From Ignavibacteriota bacterium (GTDB taxonomy: Bacteria; Bacteroidota; Ignavibacteria; UBA10030; UBA6906): a stretch of DNA of 64,000 nucleotides. Numbering within the stretch: position 1 is the first letter of the stretch; the number at the start of each line of letters is the position of its first letter. The stretch spans positions 2,368,001-2,432,000 of the forward strand of contig CAWDEM010000008.1 of assembly GCA_963801355.1 (NCBI GenBank). Reading direction: 5' to 3'. The position numbers and the translations under genes were made by a program. Shown one piece after another: positions 1 through 10,747 of the stretch. Under the pieces are notes generated by a model. The model saw nothing but the letters and a program-made list of their open reading frames with translations. It did not search any database and had not been told where the DNA came from.

Positions 1-982
1 CGTACACGAGCGAGGAATCGTTCAACTGAAGTTTCTCGATAGCCGCGCGCAGATCCTCGAAATCTTCCGCATTTGTCGGGTACATACCGCTGAACACCAT
101 TGACTTGACCTCTTTGTAGCCGGGAACCGGCTCAGCGGCAGGACGCGCGGAATGGGTGATGGTGTCGCCCACCTTGGTGTCGTGCACATCCTTGATGCCG
201 GCGATCAGGTAACCAACGTTTCCCGCCGAGAGCATGCCGGTGCGGTTCCGCTTCATCTCCAGAACCCCCACTTCCTCCGCCTCAAACACCCTCTCCTTAT
301 GAAAGAAGACGACCTTCTCCCCTTCCTTGAGCGTGCCATCAACGACCCGCAGATAGACGATCGATCCCCGGTACGTGTCGAAAACGGAATCGAAGATGAG
401 TGCCCGCAGCGGTGCCGCGGGATCCCCTTTGGGCGCGGGAATCCGTTTGACCACCGCCTCCAGGATTTCGTCCATGCCGATATCAGCCTTGGCACTCGCC
501 AGGAGAATGTCTTCATCCCGGCATCCGATCAGGTCTTTGATCTGATGCCTGACGGTCTCGATCATCGCACTGGGCAGGTCGATCTTGTTGATCACGGGGA
601 TGATCTCAAGACCGGCATCAATAGCCAGGTAGAGGTTACTGATCGTCTGGGCTTCCACTCCCTGGGAAGCATCCACAACCAGGATGGCGCCTTCACAGGC
701 GACGAGTGACCGCGAGACCTCATAGGAGAAATCCACGTGCCCCGGAGTGTCGATCAGATTCAGCGTGTAGGTTGTCCCATCCTGGGCCCGGTAATGCATC
801 TGCACCGCATGGAGCTTAATGGTGATGCCGCGCTCCTGCTCCAGCTCCATGTCATCGAGCACTTGATTGAATTTCATCTCCCGTGCGGTAATGGTGCCTG
901 TTCGCTCCAGCAGCCGGTCCGCAATGGTCGATTTGCCGTGATCGATGTGGGCAATAATGCAGAAATTACGAAACTGTTCCAT
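1..982 (-). CDS. lepA: Elongation factor 4 (LepA), 5' part; runs off window start
   Basis: Absent from ORF track. Reverse complement from 982 reads [26 protein letters not shown]..., with ERERGITIK and [21 protein letters not shown]-domain motifs. Confidence 0.96.
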   Translation of the reverse strand, partial: MEQFRNFCIIAHIDHGKSTIADRLLERTGTITAREMKFNQVLDDMELEQERGITIKLHAVQMHYRAQDGTTYTLNLIDTPGHVDFSYEVSRSLVACEGAILVVDASQGVEAQTISNLYLAIDAGLEIIPVINKIDLPSAMIETVRHQIKDLIGCRDEDILLASAKADIGMDEILEAVVKRIPAPKGDPAAPLRALIFDSVFDTYRGSIVYLRVVDGTLKEGEKVVFFHKERVFEAEEVGVLEMKRNRTGMLSAGNVGYLIAGIKDVHDTKVGDTITHSARPAAEPVPGYKEVKSMVFSGMYPTNAEDFEDLRAAIEKLQLNDSSLVY

Positions 983-995
983 AGCCCGCTGACTG

Positions 996-1029
996 AAAGA
1001 AAAAATCCGCCCCGCGGAATCGGGACGGA
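996..1029 (-). terminator. Intrinsic terminator-like hairpin in the lepA 5' leader
   Basis: Minus strand TCCGTCCCG-attccg-CGGGGCGGA followed by TTTTTTCTTT. Confidence 0.6.
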
Positions 1030-1057
1030 ATTGCCGGGGACGAACGAGATTGTTCAG

Positions 1058-1119
1058 AATATACCATAATGGCCAATGACTTGCAATGCCTTGCTCTTCG
1101 CGGCCGGGGTTCGTATCTT
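1058..1119. promoter_or_regulatory. Divergent sigma70-type promoters for lepA and the HAD gene
   Basis: Minus: TTGCAA(1086-1081)-N17-TATATT(1063-1058). Plus: TTGCTC(1091-1096)-N17-TATCTT(1114-1119), 6 nt before ATG 1126. Confidence 0.6.
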
Positions 1120-1125
1120 TATCTG

Positions 1126-2037
1126 ATGGACAGTACATCACTCCCGCAGCACGTCTTGGACGCTTTTCTCGATCGCCATGCCTCCCGCAATGGGTCAGCG
1201 CGCCCCCTTGCAGTTTTCGATTGTGACGGCACCCTTATCAAGGGGGATATCGGCGAATCGATGTTCTATCGACAAATCGAGCACTTTGCCTTCCGCGTAT
1301 CACCGGCGGAAGTGTGGCCCGACCACCCCCAACGCGCCGAACTCGACAGAACATTTAACATATTGGCCGCCACACCGGCAGGTGCCCGCCGCACCCATGC
1401 GGCGTTCGACCTCTTCTCCCGTCTGCTGGTCACCCGGTACTTCGACCAGCTGGCCGCAGGTACGATTGCCAAGGCGTGCACCGAGATCGTACAACTGTTC
1501 GCCGGATTCACTCTGGAAGAGGTCCATGCATTTGCGGAAGCGACATTCGCGGAAGAGTTGGCTATGCCGTTGAGCCAGACCTCGCTCGGCGGACGATCAC
1601 TGCCCCGGGGGGCCCGTTTCCTCCGCGAAAGCGCGGACCTTCTGCACACCCTGCAAGAACACGGCTTTGATATTTTCTCCGTCTCGGGCAGCAGCAAATG
1701 GAGCGTCGAACCGGTCCTCGCGTACCTCGACGTCCCCGCTGACCGGGTTATCGGAATCGATTTGCGGCTGGAGGATGGTATCCTCTCTACGGAGCCACAA
1801 CGGCCGATCCCCATCCACGGGGGCAAAGTGGAGGCCCTTCGCCGCTTCGATCACCGGCCACCGGTGCTCGTCGCCAGCGACTCGCGGCATGACATCCCGC
1901 TCCTCCTGGCATCAACGGATCTGCGGGTCTATGTAAATTCCCACGGACGCAAGACGGAAGATTTCTTCGCTCTTGGAAAGATCGACCGGGATGGCACGTG
2001 GGTGGTGTTCGAGAATCCAACGGTGATGCCACACTGA
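1126..2037 (+). CDS. HAD-superfamily (IB-like) phosphatase
   Basis: Motif [10 protein letters not shown], motif II VSGS, GK, and motif IV variant SDSRHD. Start placed at ATG 1126, downstream of the promoter. Confidence 0.8.
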   Translation: MDSTSLPQHVLDAFLDRHASRNGSARPLAVFDCDGTLIKGDIGESMFYRQIEHFAFRVSPAEVWPDHPQRAELDRTFNILAATPAGARRTHAAFDLFSRLLVTRYFDQLAAGTIAKACTEIVQLFAGFTLEEVHAFAEATFAEELAMPLSQTSLGGRSLPRGARFLRESADLLHTLQEHGFDIFSVSGSSKWSVEPVLAYLDVPADRVIGIDLRLEDGILSTEPQRPIPIHGGKVEALRRFDHRPPVLVASDSRHDIPLLLASTDLRVYVNSHGRKTEDFFALGKIDRDGTWVVFENPTVMPH

Positions 2038-2085
2038 CGTTGTACCGATGGGCCCGCAATCCCCAAAGAACAGGACTTGATTCCT

Positions 2086-3204
2086 ATGGCTGATGTTGCA
2101 GTGACCGTCATTGGCGGAGGCGTCGTCGGACTGGCCATCGCCGCCGAACTTGCACCCCGTTGTTCCCCTCTTTTCGTTCTCGAACGCAACCCGAAATACG
2201 GTCAAGAAACCTCATCCCGGAACAGCGAGGTCATCCACGCGGGCATCTATTACGCTCCGGGCTCTCTCAAAGCGAGGCTGTGCGTCGAAGGCCGCGAGAT
2301 GCTCTACCGCCTCTGTGAGGCTCATGACATTCCCCATCGCCGGATCACCAAGATCATTACCGCCACAAAGCCGGAAGAAGAACCCGAACTCGAACGGCTG
2401 CACAAGGTCGGAACCGGAAATGGCGCCCCGCTGGAATTCCTCTCGGCTGCCCGGGTGCATGCCCTGGAACCGCATGTTACCACCGTCGGCGGCCTCCTTT
2501 CGCCGTCCACGGGCATCATCAGCGCTCATGGTCTCATGGACTTCTACCATCATACCGCCCGGCACCATGGCGCTGAAGTGCAGCTGCGCTGCAGGGTGGT
2601 GGGACTCGAACGCCAGTCCGATGGGTACTCCGTCACCATCGAAGAAGATGGGCAGCGTTCATCGTTTTCGTCCGAATGGGTGATCAACGCGGCCGGACTC
2701 GAATGCGATACCATCGCGGCACTCGCCGGAATCGACGTCGAGAACGCAGGCTACAGGCTCCATTACTGCAAAGGATCCTACTTCGCACTTCCCGGATCGA
2801 TGAATGGACTGGCATCCCGGCTTGTCTACCCGGTCCCGACGAAACACTCACTGGGTGTCCATGTGGTGATCGACCTTGGCGGACGACTCAAATTCGGTCC
2901 CGATGCGGAGTACCTTCCCGACCGTGAACTCAACTACGACGTGGATCCGTCTAAACGGCATGCCTTTGCGGAGTCTGTCCGCCGCATCCTTCCCTCTGTG
3001 AAAGACGAGGATCTCACCCCGGATATGAGCGGGATCCGTCCCAAAACCCAGGCCCCGGGAGATCCTGCCCGTGATTTCATCATTGCGCACGAAACTGACC
3101 GCGGCCTCCCCGGTCTCATCAACCTCATAGGGATGGAATCCCCGGCTCTCACAGCCTCACCCGCGATCGCGAAGTACGTCGCAGACCTCGTGAAAAGCGC
3201 GTGA
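2086..3204 (+). CDS. FAD-dependent oxidoreductase, L-2-hydroxyglutarate oxidase (LhgO)-like
   Basis: GGGVVG Rossmann motif, ETSSRNSEVIHAGIYY, GIRPK, GMESPALTAS. Confidence 0.85.
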   Translation: MADVAVTVIGGGVVGLAIAAELAPRCSPLFVLERNPKYGQETSSRNSEVIHAGIYYAPGSLKARLCVEGREMLYRLCEAHDIPHRRITKIITATKPEEEPELERLHKVGTGNGAPLEFLSAARVHALEPHVTTVGGLLSPSTGIISAHGLMDFYHHTARHHGAEVQLRCRVVGLERQSDGYSVTIEEDGQRSSFSSEWVINAAGLECDTIAALAGIDVENAGYRLHYCKGSYFALPGSMNGLASRLVYPVPTKHSLGVHVVIDLGGRLKFGPDAEYLPDRELNYDVDPSKRHAFAESVRRILPSVKDEDLTPDMSGIRPKTQAPGDPARDFIIAHETDRGLPGLINLIGMESPALTASPAIAKYVADLVKSA

Positions 3205-3242
3205 ATTTTCTTCCTTCGTTCCACAATAAGAGGGTTCGCTTC

Positions 3243-5618
3243 ATGAGCATTTCCCGACTCCTCGTGCACTGTTTTGCCCTTGTCGCGGCGACATCCGCAG
3301 CAGCAGCGGTCCACACCGGCGGAAAATCTCCCCAGGTCCTTGCCCCTGCAATTGTGCCTCAACCCCTGCAGGTGAATATCCTCCCCGGCTCGTTCACGCT
3401 CAACAGCAGAACGGTGCTCGCGTACTCCACGGATGACCCCGGACTTCTCCCCTGTGTCACGGCACTGGCCGGCGCTCTCCGTCATTCCACGGGATTCCCC
3501 TTGCCCATCCGGGACGCGCGACAGATGCCTTCAACCAATGCCATCGTTGTTTCGCTGATCGGCGCCGATACGCTCGGGACGGAGGGGTACCGGCTCTCAG
3601 TGCAGAAGGATATCATTGGCATACACGCCCGGACAGCCCACGGTGCCTTCTACGGTGCGCAAACCCTTCTGCAGCTCTTCCCTCCGGCGATATTCTCCGG
3701 GCGGCCGGTGCGGAAGGTAACATGGACGGCCCCCTGCGCGCTGATCGTGGATACGCCACGCTATACCTGGCGTGGCATGCACATGGATGTCTCGCGGCAT
3801 TTCTTTCCCAAGGAGTCCGTGAAACGGTTCATCGACTACCTCGCAATGCACAAGATGAACACGTTCCACTGGCACCTCACCGACGACCAGGGGTGGCGGA
3901 TCCAGATCAAGCAGTATCCGGAACTGACGGACATCGGCGCGTGGCGTGTGGATCACGAAGAGCTTCACTGGAATGCACGTCCCCCGCAGCAGCCCGGCGA
4001 ACGGGCGACCTACGGCGGGTTCTATACGCAAGAAGAGATCCGTGAGGTCGTGAAATACGCTGCCGAGCGGTTCATCACGGTTGTCCCTGAAATTGAGATG
4101 CCGGCACATACCACCGCGATCATCGCCGCCTTTCCCCAGTACTCATGCACGGGCGGACCTTTCACGCTGCCTCCCGGGGGGATCTGGCCACTCACGGATA
4201 TTCTGTGCGCCGGGAATGACAGTACGTTCGTTTTTGTCGAGAATGTCCTAAAGGAAGTCGTGGACCTCTTCCCCGGTCAGTACGTGCACATCGGAGGGGA
4301 TGAAGCACTCAAAACTGAATGGAAGCGGTGCCCGAAGTGCCAGGCACGCATACGCGATGAAAAGCTCGCCGATGAAGATGAGCTGCAATCCTACTTCATC
4401 AAACGCGTGGAGAAGATCCTCACACGTCTGAACCGTCGGCTGATCGGATGGGACGAGATCATCGAAGGGGGCCTTGCGCCGGAAGCAAGTGTGATGTCGT
4501 GGCGCGGAATGAAGGGCGGCATCGCTGCAGCCCGCTCCGGACATGATGTCGTCATGACGCCCACATCCCACTGCTATTTTGACTACTATCAGGCCGATCA
4601 ACGCTGGGAGCCGCTGGCCATCGGCGCCCTGATCCCCATTTCGAAAGTCTATGCGTATGAGCCGACACCGGACAGTCTGACGCCCGCGGAGGCGCGCCAT
4701 ATTCTCGGCACGCAGGCGAATCTCTGGTCGGAGTACATACCCGACATGGCCACTCTGGAGTACATGGCGTTTCCGCGCATCGCCGCGATCGCAGAAGTTG
4801 CATGGAGCGCACGGGAGCGCCGTTCCTGGCCGGATTTCCTGGAGCGATTGAAACGGCAGACGCAACGCTACGATGCGCTTTCCATCAATGTCGCCCGCAG
4901 TATGTTCGCAGTAGCCATCCGCGACTCCATAGACATCGGGGCGCATCAGGCCATCGTCAGCCTTCAGACAGAATCCGGTTCGGGGGAGATCCGTTACACT
5001 CTCGACGGCAAGCGCCCCACCGCCAGGTCCTTGAAGTACGCAGCTCCCATCACGTTGTCCGCCAGCGCAACAGTGGCCGCCGGAGCCTTCGAAGGCACGC
5101 GTCTGCTGGCTCCGGTGACGGCTTTGCGCGTGTGGGTGCCCCGGCACCCCATCGTCGCCCTCACGTGTGAAACCCCGCTCGACAGTGTGTACGCCCGGCG
5201 CGGCACGGAGGCGCTCTTCAACAACCGGCGCGGCGGTCCGACCCGTGACGACGCGTTCGAATGGAGAGGGGCAAGCGGCAAGGATATGCGCATCGTCCTT
5301 GATCTTGGGGCAACAGTCACCGTTGCGCGGGTCACAATCGGATTCCTGCACCAGTCCGGCGGCTCGGTATTTCTTCCTCCCCGCGTGGACGTCGAAGTGT
5401 CCGGGGACGGAAAGACATTCACACACGCGGGAAGTGCTTCAGGCGCCACGCTGCAGAAGGAACCCAGACCGTACGTGAAGGATTATACAATTTCTTTGAA
5501 GAAGGCCAGGACCCGTTATCTCCGGATGATGGTACGGAATCCGGGGCCGTTGCCGCCGTGGCATAAGGGCGCAGGATCCCCGACTCTCCTGCTCACCGAC
5601 GAAATTATCGTTGAGTAG
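3243..5618 (+). CDS. Secreted GH20 beta-N-acetylhexosaminidase with Fn3-associated and F5/8-type C-terminal domains
   Basis: Signal peptide; RGMHMDVSRHF, FHWHLTDDQGWR and catalytic HIGGDE; IRYTLDG. Alternative GTG start at 3201. Confidence 0.93.
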   Translation: MSISRLLVHCFALVAATSAAAAVHTGGKSPQVLAPAIVPQPLQVNILPGSFTLNSRTVLAYSTDDPGLLPCVTALAGALRHSTGFPLPIRDARQMPSTNAIVVSLIGADTLGTEGYRLSVQKDIIGIHARTAHGAFYGAQTLLQLFPPAIFSGRPVRKVTWTAPCALIVDTPRYTWRGMHMDVSRHFFPKESVKRFIDYLAMHKMNTFHWHLTDDQGWRIQIKQYPELTDIGAWRVDHEELHWNARPPQQPGERATYGGFYTQEEIREVVKYAAERFITVVPEIEMPAHTTAIIAAFPQYSCTGGPFTLPPGGIWPLTDILCAGNDSTFVFVENVLKEVVDLFPGQYVHIGGDEALKTEWKRCPKCQARIRDEKLADEDELQSYFIKRVEKILTRLNRRLIGWDEIIEGGLAPEASVMSWRGMKGGIAAARSGHDVVMTPTSHCYFDYYQADQRWEPLAIGALIPISKVYAYEPTPDSLTPAEARHILGTQANLWSEYIPDMATLEYMAFPRIAAIAEVAWSARERRSWPDFLERLKRQTQRYDALSINVARSMFAVAIRDSIDIGAHQAIVSLQTESGSGEIRYTLDGKRPTARSLKYAAPITLSASATVAAGAFEGTRLLAPVTALRVWVPRHPIVALTCETPLDSVYARRGTEALFNNRRGGPTRDDAFEWRGASGKDMRIVLDLGATVTVARVTIGFLHQSGGSVFLPPRVDVEVSGDGKTFTHAGSASGATLQKEPRPYVKDYTISLKKARTRYLRMMVRNPGPLPPWHKGAGSPTLLLTDEIIVE

Positions 5619-5704
5619 AAGGAGCACCGGATTTTGTCCCGGATTCTGTTTATCATTTGTCCACCGATCACCCAGAGGCTCAACACGTTCGCAAAGGAAT
5701 CCCC

Positions 5705-6958
5705 ATGAAGGAATCGGCGCTTGACCGGTTCATCCGGTATGCAAAGATCGACACGCAGTCGCAAGACGATGCACCCACTTATCCCAGTACAGCAAAACAA
5801 CTGGATCTGCTGAACCTGCTTGTCCGGGAGTTGCACGATATGGGGATCCAGGATGCTGCGATCGACGAGCACGGTTATGTGATGGCAACGTTGAAGGAAA
5901 ACCTGCCGGCGGGGCACCCCGCGGCGGGCAAAGTCCCGACGATCGGCCTCATCGCCCATGTCGACACCTCGCCGTCAGCGAGCGGTGCAGGAGTGTCTCC
6001 CCGGGTGATCACGTACACCGGAGGGGACATTGTTCTTCCCGGCAACACCCAGGTGGTCATCCGTGCCGATGAAAACCCGGATCTCGCCGAGAATATCGGG
6101 AAGCGCATTGTCACCGCCGACGGCACGACGCTGCTCGGAGCGGATGACAAGGCGGGTGTAGCAATCATCATGACCGCAGTGGAGCGATTGCTGGCAGACC
6201 CCGCCCTGCCCCACGGCCCCGTCAGAATCGGGTTCACACCGGACGAGGAAGTCGGCAACGGGACGAAATTCTTTGACCTGAAGAAATTCGGTGCCTCGGC
6301 AGCGTACACCCTCGACGGCGATTCCGTCGGCGAGCTCAACAAGGAGACCTTCAGCGCGAATTCCGCCGTTATCACCGTTTACGGCCGCAATATCCACCCC
6401 GGGTCCGCCAAGGGGATCATGGTGAACTCTCTCCGGGCCATGGCAGATATCATTGTCCGCCTTCCGCGGCACATGGCACCGGAGACCACCGAAGGCTATG
6501 AGCCGTACATCCATCCGCACCAGATGGAAGGCGAGGAGGCAAAAACGGTGCTCAGACTGTTGTTGCGCGATTTCAATACTGCCGGACTGCAGCTGCAGGA
6601 GGAACTCCTGCGCCGCATCATCGCCGAGGTAGAGCCCCTGCACCCCAAAGCCCGTATTGAACTGATCATCAAGGAGTCGTATCGCAATATGCGCGACGGA
6701 CTGGAGAAGGACCCCCGCGTGCTGGAGTGTCTCTGGGAAGCAACGCGGCGTGCCGGACTTGAACCCCGATGGGTTCCCATCCGGGGAGGAACAGACGGCT
6801 CCCGGCTTACCGAGGCCGGCTTGCCGACGCCGAACATTTTCACGGGGGGACACAACTTTCATGGCCCCACGGAGTGGCTTGCGGTGGAAGGTATGGAAAA
6901 ATCCATCCAGACAGTGGTGCACCTCGCCCAGGTGTGGGTGCACAAGACGGGCGCGTAG
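5705..6958 (+). CDS. pepT: Peptidase T (M20B tripeptidase)
   Basis: AHVDTS, LLGADDKAG, FTPDEEVG, IRGGTDG and NFHG motifs. Confidence 0.93.
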   Translation: MKESALDRFIRYAKIDTQSQDDAPTYPSTAKQLDLLNLLVRELHDMGIQDAAIDEHGYVMATLKENLPAGHPAAGKVPTIGLIAHVDTSPSASGAGVSPRVITYTGGDIVLPGNTQVVIRADENPDLAENIGKRIVTADGTTLLGADDKAGVAIIMTAVERLLADPALPHGPVRIGFTPDEEVGNGTKFFDLKKFGASAAYTLDGDSVGELNKETFSANSAVITVYGRNIHPGSAKGIMVNSLRAMADIIVRLPRHMAPETTEGYEPYIHPHQMEGEEAKTVLRLLLRDFNTAGLQLQEELLRRIIAEVEPLHPKARIELIIKESYRNMRDGLEKDPRVLECLWEATRRAGLEPRWVPIRGGTDGSRLTEAGLPTPNIFTGGHNFHGPTEWLAVEGMEKSIQTVVHLAQVWVHKTGA

Positions 6959-7017
6959 CTGAACGTTGTGCCGTTCGGTATCACAGAATGACCGCAGAGA
7001 AACACTCAGGAGAATCC

Positions 7018-8997
7018 ATGGAGCATCAGGTCTCTCAAGTCACAGGGCTTCCGGAAAACGCCTACAGGGAATTGAACCCGGGTGAGCATTACACGCCCAT
7101 CCTCGGTCCGTCGGCCGAACCGCCCGAGGTGACCCCGTATTCCGTCATCACCGGCCTCATCATGGCTGTGGTCTTCTCCGCGGCTGCTGCATACTCCGGT
7201 CTGAAAATCGGACAGGTATTCGAAGCGGCGATACCCATCGCTATTCTTGCAGTGGGCATCTCCACACTCATACGGCGCCGGAATGCGATCGGGCAGAACG
7301 TCATCATCCAATCGATCGGTGCATCTTCGGGGGTTATCGTCGCGGGAGCGATCTTTACCATCCCCGCGTTGTACATCCTGGATCTCCCCGCAAGCTTCTA
7401 CCAGACGTTCCTTGCTTCCGCACTGGGAGGGTTTCTGGGGATCCTTTTCCTGATTCCCTTCCGTAAGTACTTCGTCAAAGACATGCACGGAAAACTGCCG
7501 TTCCCCGAAGCGACGGCAACGACGGAGATCCTCGTCGCCGGCGAAAAGGGGGGATCCCAGGCCCTCGTGCTGGTCGTCAGCGGGTTGATCGGCGGAGTCT
7601 TCGACTTCATGTTCAGCGCGTTCGGCCTGTGGACGGAAGTGATCACCTCGCGCATGGTGCACGTCGGGGAGTTGCTGGCCGACAAGGTGAAGATCGTCGT
7701 CCGCTATAACGTTTCCGCAATGATCTTCGGGCTGGGGTATATCATCGGTTTGCGCTACTCGGCGATCATCGTCGCAGGATCAATGCTCTCGTCGTATGTC
7801 CTCGTGCCCCTGCTCTATAATATCGGCCAGGGGTTGACGCTTCCCCTCGGCGCCAATATCACAAAGACAATCGCTGAGATGACCGCAGAGGAAATCTTCC
7901 GCAACTACGTCCGCCAAATCGGCATCGGCGGCATCGCGATGGCAGGGATCATCGGCATCATCCGCTCGTCGAAAATCATCGCAGGGGCGTTTTCTCTCGC
8001 GTACCGGGAAATCGTTCATCACAAGGGGAACGCCGGGACCGCAGGCGTACGCACGCAGACGGACATCACAATGCTGTTCGTTGCTGTCCTGATTCTCCTG
8101 ACGGCGTTGATGATCTTTGTCTTCTTCTACGGCGGCGTAGTGTTCAACGTCACGCATGCCCTCGTCGGACTGGCCATCGTCCTGATCATTGCGTTTCTCT
8201 TCACCACCGTGGCGGCAAATGCTACGGCCATCGTGGGCACCAATCCGGTATCCGGCATGACGCTGATGACGTTGATCCTCTCATCGTTCATCCTCGTGCA
8301 GATCGGATTGACGGGATCTTCGGGCATGGTCAGCGCATTGATCATCGGCGGTGTTGTGTGTACGGCGCTCTCGGTGGCGGGCGGGTTCATCACGGATTTG
8401 AAAATCGGCTACTGGGTCGGCACAACGCCAAAGAAACAGGAAACATGGAAATTCCTCGGCGTCTTGCTCTCCGCGGCCACGGTGGGCGGAGTCATCCTCA
8501 TACTCAACCAAACGTACGGATTCAAGGGTGATACCGCTCTCGCCGCACCGCAGGCCAATGCCATGGCAGCGGTCATTCAACCGCTCATGTCAAACACACC
8601 TGCACCATGGACCCTCTACCTCGTCGGCGCGGTGATCGCACTGATTCTCCTGCTGGTCAAGATACCGCCGCTGGCCTTCGCGCTCGGCATGTACATTCCG
8701 CAGGAATTGAACCTGCCGCTCATCGTCGGGGGCCTCGTTGCCTGGTGGGTCACATCACGGTCCAAGGACGAAAAGGTCAACAATGCCCGCTTCTCGAGGG
8801 GAACACTCATCGCTTCCGGGTTCATTGCGGGCGGCTCACTCTTCGGCGTGGTCGCCGCGTTTCTGAAGTTCGGCGACATCGAGCTGGCAATCCCGGGCTG
8901 GGCGGAAACCCCCGGCGGTGAACTGGTCGGACTGGGAGCTTTCCTGCTTCTGTTCGCCTATATGGTCGTAGACACCATGCGCGCAAAACCGGAATAA
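7018..8997 (+). CDS. OPT-family oligopeptide transporter
   Basis: Many TM helices; FPEATA, NPVSGMTL, DLKIGY and APQANAM motifs; SD AGGAG before ATG 7018. Confidence 0.9.
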   Translation: MEHQVSQVTGLPENAYRELNPGEHYTPILGPSAEPPEVTPYSVITGLIMAVVFSAAAAYSGLKIGQVFEAAIPIAILAVGISTLIRRRNAIGQNVIIQSIGASSGVIVAGAIFTIPALYILDLPASFYQTFLASALGGFLGILFLIPFRKYFVKDMHGKLPFPEATATTEILVAGEKGGSQALVLVVSGLIGGVFDFMFSAFGLWTEVITSRMVHVGELLADKVKIVVRYNVSAMIFGLGYIIGLRYSAIIVAGSMLSSYVLVPLLYNIGQGLTLPLGANITKTIAEMTAEEIFRNYVRQIGIGGIAMAGIIGIIRSSKIIAGAFSLAYREIVHHKGNAGTAGVRTQTDITMLFVAVLILLTALMIFVFFYGGVVFNVTHALVGLAIVLIIAFLFTTVAANATAIVGTNPVSGMTLMTLILSSFILVQIGLTGSSGMVSALIIGGVVCTALSVAGGFITDLKIGYWVGTTPKKQETWKFLGVLLSAATVGGVILILNQTYGFKGDTALAAPQANAMAAVIQPLMSNTPAPWTLYLVGAVIALILLLVKIPPLAFALGMYIPQELNLPLIVGGLVAWWVTSRSKDEKVNNARFSRGTLIASGFIAGGSLFGVVAAFLKFGDIELAIPGWAETPGGELVGLGAFLLLFAYMVVDTMRAKPE

Positions 8998-9070
8998 CAC
9001 CTCAGATGCGTCACCCATTGGACGTGCACACGATGCAGTCACAGGTCTCACACGTGAAAGGGGTCATCCC

Positions 9071-9430
9071 ATGTTCAAGTTCTTAAAGCGCCTCTTTACC
9101 CTGGCACTCATCATTGTGCTGGGTGCAATACTCTGGGGAGTATTCGCCGTCTGGACAGGTATCTATTCAATCTATTCCTACCCGCCTTCGAAAGATCATC
9201 CTGATGGCGAGACACTTATCGTATCGCGCGATCAGGGGGAACCGATGTTCAACTCCCCCGACTACAAGCCCGTGCCGCCAAAGGAAGAACCCAAGGCCGG
9301 AGGACTCCGGTTTGGGACCTCAAAGAAGCCGGTACGGCCGCTGCAGGTGCGGACAATCGTCTCCCTCCCTTATACCGCCTGGGCGTACAAAAAATCCCTG
9401 GAGCCCGAGAGACCCGACGCCGAGGAATAA
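9071..9430 (+). CDS. Hypothetical membrane-anchored protein
   Basis: SD-like AAGGGG; one N-terminal TM helix; fills the intergenic gap. Confidence 0.65.
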   Translation: MFKFLKRLFTLALIIVLGAILWGVFAVWTGIYSIYSYPPSKDHPDGETLIVSRDQGEPMFNSPDYKPVPPKEEPKAGGLRFGTSKKPVRPLQVRTIVSLPYTAWAYKKSLEPERPDAEE

Positions 9431-9455
9431 TAGGCACCACCTAGGCCGCTGTATC

Positions 9456-9517
9456 GAAACTTTCCCCCCGGAACCAGCGTTGAATAGGGAACTAGCGTTT
9501 CTTATGAAACTAGCGTT
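9456..9517 (+). promoter_or_regulatory. Candidate ECF-sigma promoter plus direct repeat upstream of the MacAB-like operon
   Basis: GAAAC(9456-9460)-N17-CGTT(9478-9481); AACTAGCGTT repeated at 9490-9499 and 9508-9517. Confidence 0.4.
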
Positions 9518-9532
9518 CATTTCCGATGAACC

Positions 9533-10726
9533 ATGACTACGGAATCCGCAGATCTTGCGCCTCTCAAAATTCAGCGCGACCCGGTTGGCACGGGAACGGG
9601 CAGACGTCTCCCGAAATGGGGTATTGGGGGGGTCTCCGTCTTCCTCGTTGCTGTCGCTCTATTTTTTGTCCTGCGGGGCACAGTAGGCAGCCCGAAGGAA
9701 GTGGACATCGCGATCGCCATGCTCACGTCTCCCTCTCAGGCCAACACAGTGCTCACGGCGAGCGGTTACGTTGTCGCTCAGGTAAAGGCGGCCGTAGCTT
9801 CGAAGGGCACCGGCCGGCTGGAATTCCTGTATGTTGAGGAGGGCGACAAGGTAAAAAAGGGGGAAATCATCGCGCGTCTCGAAAACGACGATGTTCTCGC
9901 CGCCCTCGCCCAGGCGAAAGCGAATCTCGGCGTCGCACAAGCCGATTCCCAAGACGCATTCCGCACTCTGGAACGGACGAAACAACTCTTCAGCGGCAAC
10001 CTTTCTTCGCGGGCGGAACTCGATGGAGCCGAAGCCAGGTTTTCACGAGTCGTTGCCACAATTCGCTATGCCGAGGCCGCAGTCAAGTCCGGTGAGGTCG
10101 CTGTCGAAAACACACGTATCCGCGCTCCATTCGACGGAACCGTCCTGACAAAGGATGCTGATGTCGGCGAGGTCGTTGCGCCCTTTGCTTCTTCGGCGAG
10201 CTCGCGCGGCGCCGTCGTGACCATGGCCGACATGAGTTCCCTGTTGGTCGAGGCCGATGTTTCGGAATCCAATATCACCCGGGTCACACCCGGCCAGCCT
10301 TGCGACATTGTGCTTGATGCGTATCCCGACAGGCGCTATCCCGGCATCGTACACAAGATTGTCCCAACGGCTGATCGTGCAAAGGCGACGGTGCTCACCA
10401 AAGTGAGCTTCAAGCAGCGCGACGAACGCGTCCTCCCCGAGATGAGCGCCAAAGTGCAGTTTCTCGCGGAGGAGGCACGATCGACGGCGGCATCGTCACT
10501 CCCGGTGCTGACTCTCCCGCTCTCTGCACTGACCACGCGTGACGGACGAACCATCGTCCTGCTCGTGCGCGACGGCAAAGTCCAGGAGACCCCTGTGACC
10601 GCCGGCCCGGTTCTTGGCGAGAGGATTGCCGTTCTCGAAGGTGTCGCCCAGGGCGATCAAGTCGTCACCAACCCCGATCCGTCGCTGGTGACGGGCGCCA
10701 GGATCATCCAACGTGCCAATCACTAG
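9533..10726 (+). CDS. Efflux periplasmic adaptor (MacA/HlyD-like MFP)
   Basis: N-terminal TM, lipoyl half-motifs (V.EGD.VKKG, IRAPFDG), coiled-coil hairpin. Confidence 0.9.
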   Translation: MTTESADLAPLKIQRDPVGTGTGRRLPKWGIGGVSVFLVAVALFFVLRGTVGSPKEVDIAIAMLTSPSQANTVLTASGYVVAQVKAAVASKGTGRLEFLYVEEGDKVKKGEIIARLENDDVLAALAQAKANLGVAQADSQDAFRTLERTKQLFSGNLSSRAELDGAEARFSRVVATIRYAEAAVKSGEVAVENTRIRAPFDGTVLTKDADVGEVVAPFASSASSRGAVVTMADMSSLLVEADVSESNITRVTPGQPCDIVLDAYPDRRYPGIVHKIVPTADRAKATVLTKVSFKQRDERVLPEMSAKVQFLAEEARSTAASSLPVLTLPLSALTTRDGRTIVLLVRDGKVQETPVTAGPVLGERIAVLEGVAQGDQVVTNPDPSLVTGARIIQRANH

Positions 10727-10747
10727 CCCCGTGTTCCCGGAGACCGT

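Noticed and set aside
152-1069. Plus-strand ORFs 152..709 and 737..1069
   Set aside because: Antisense shadows of lepA, which occupies the minus strand
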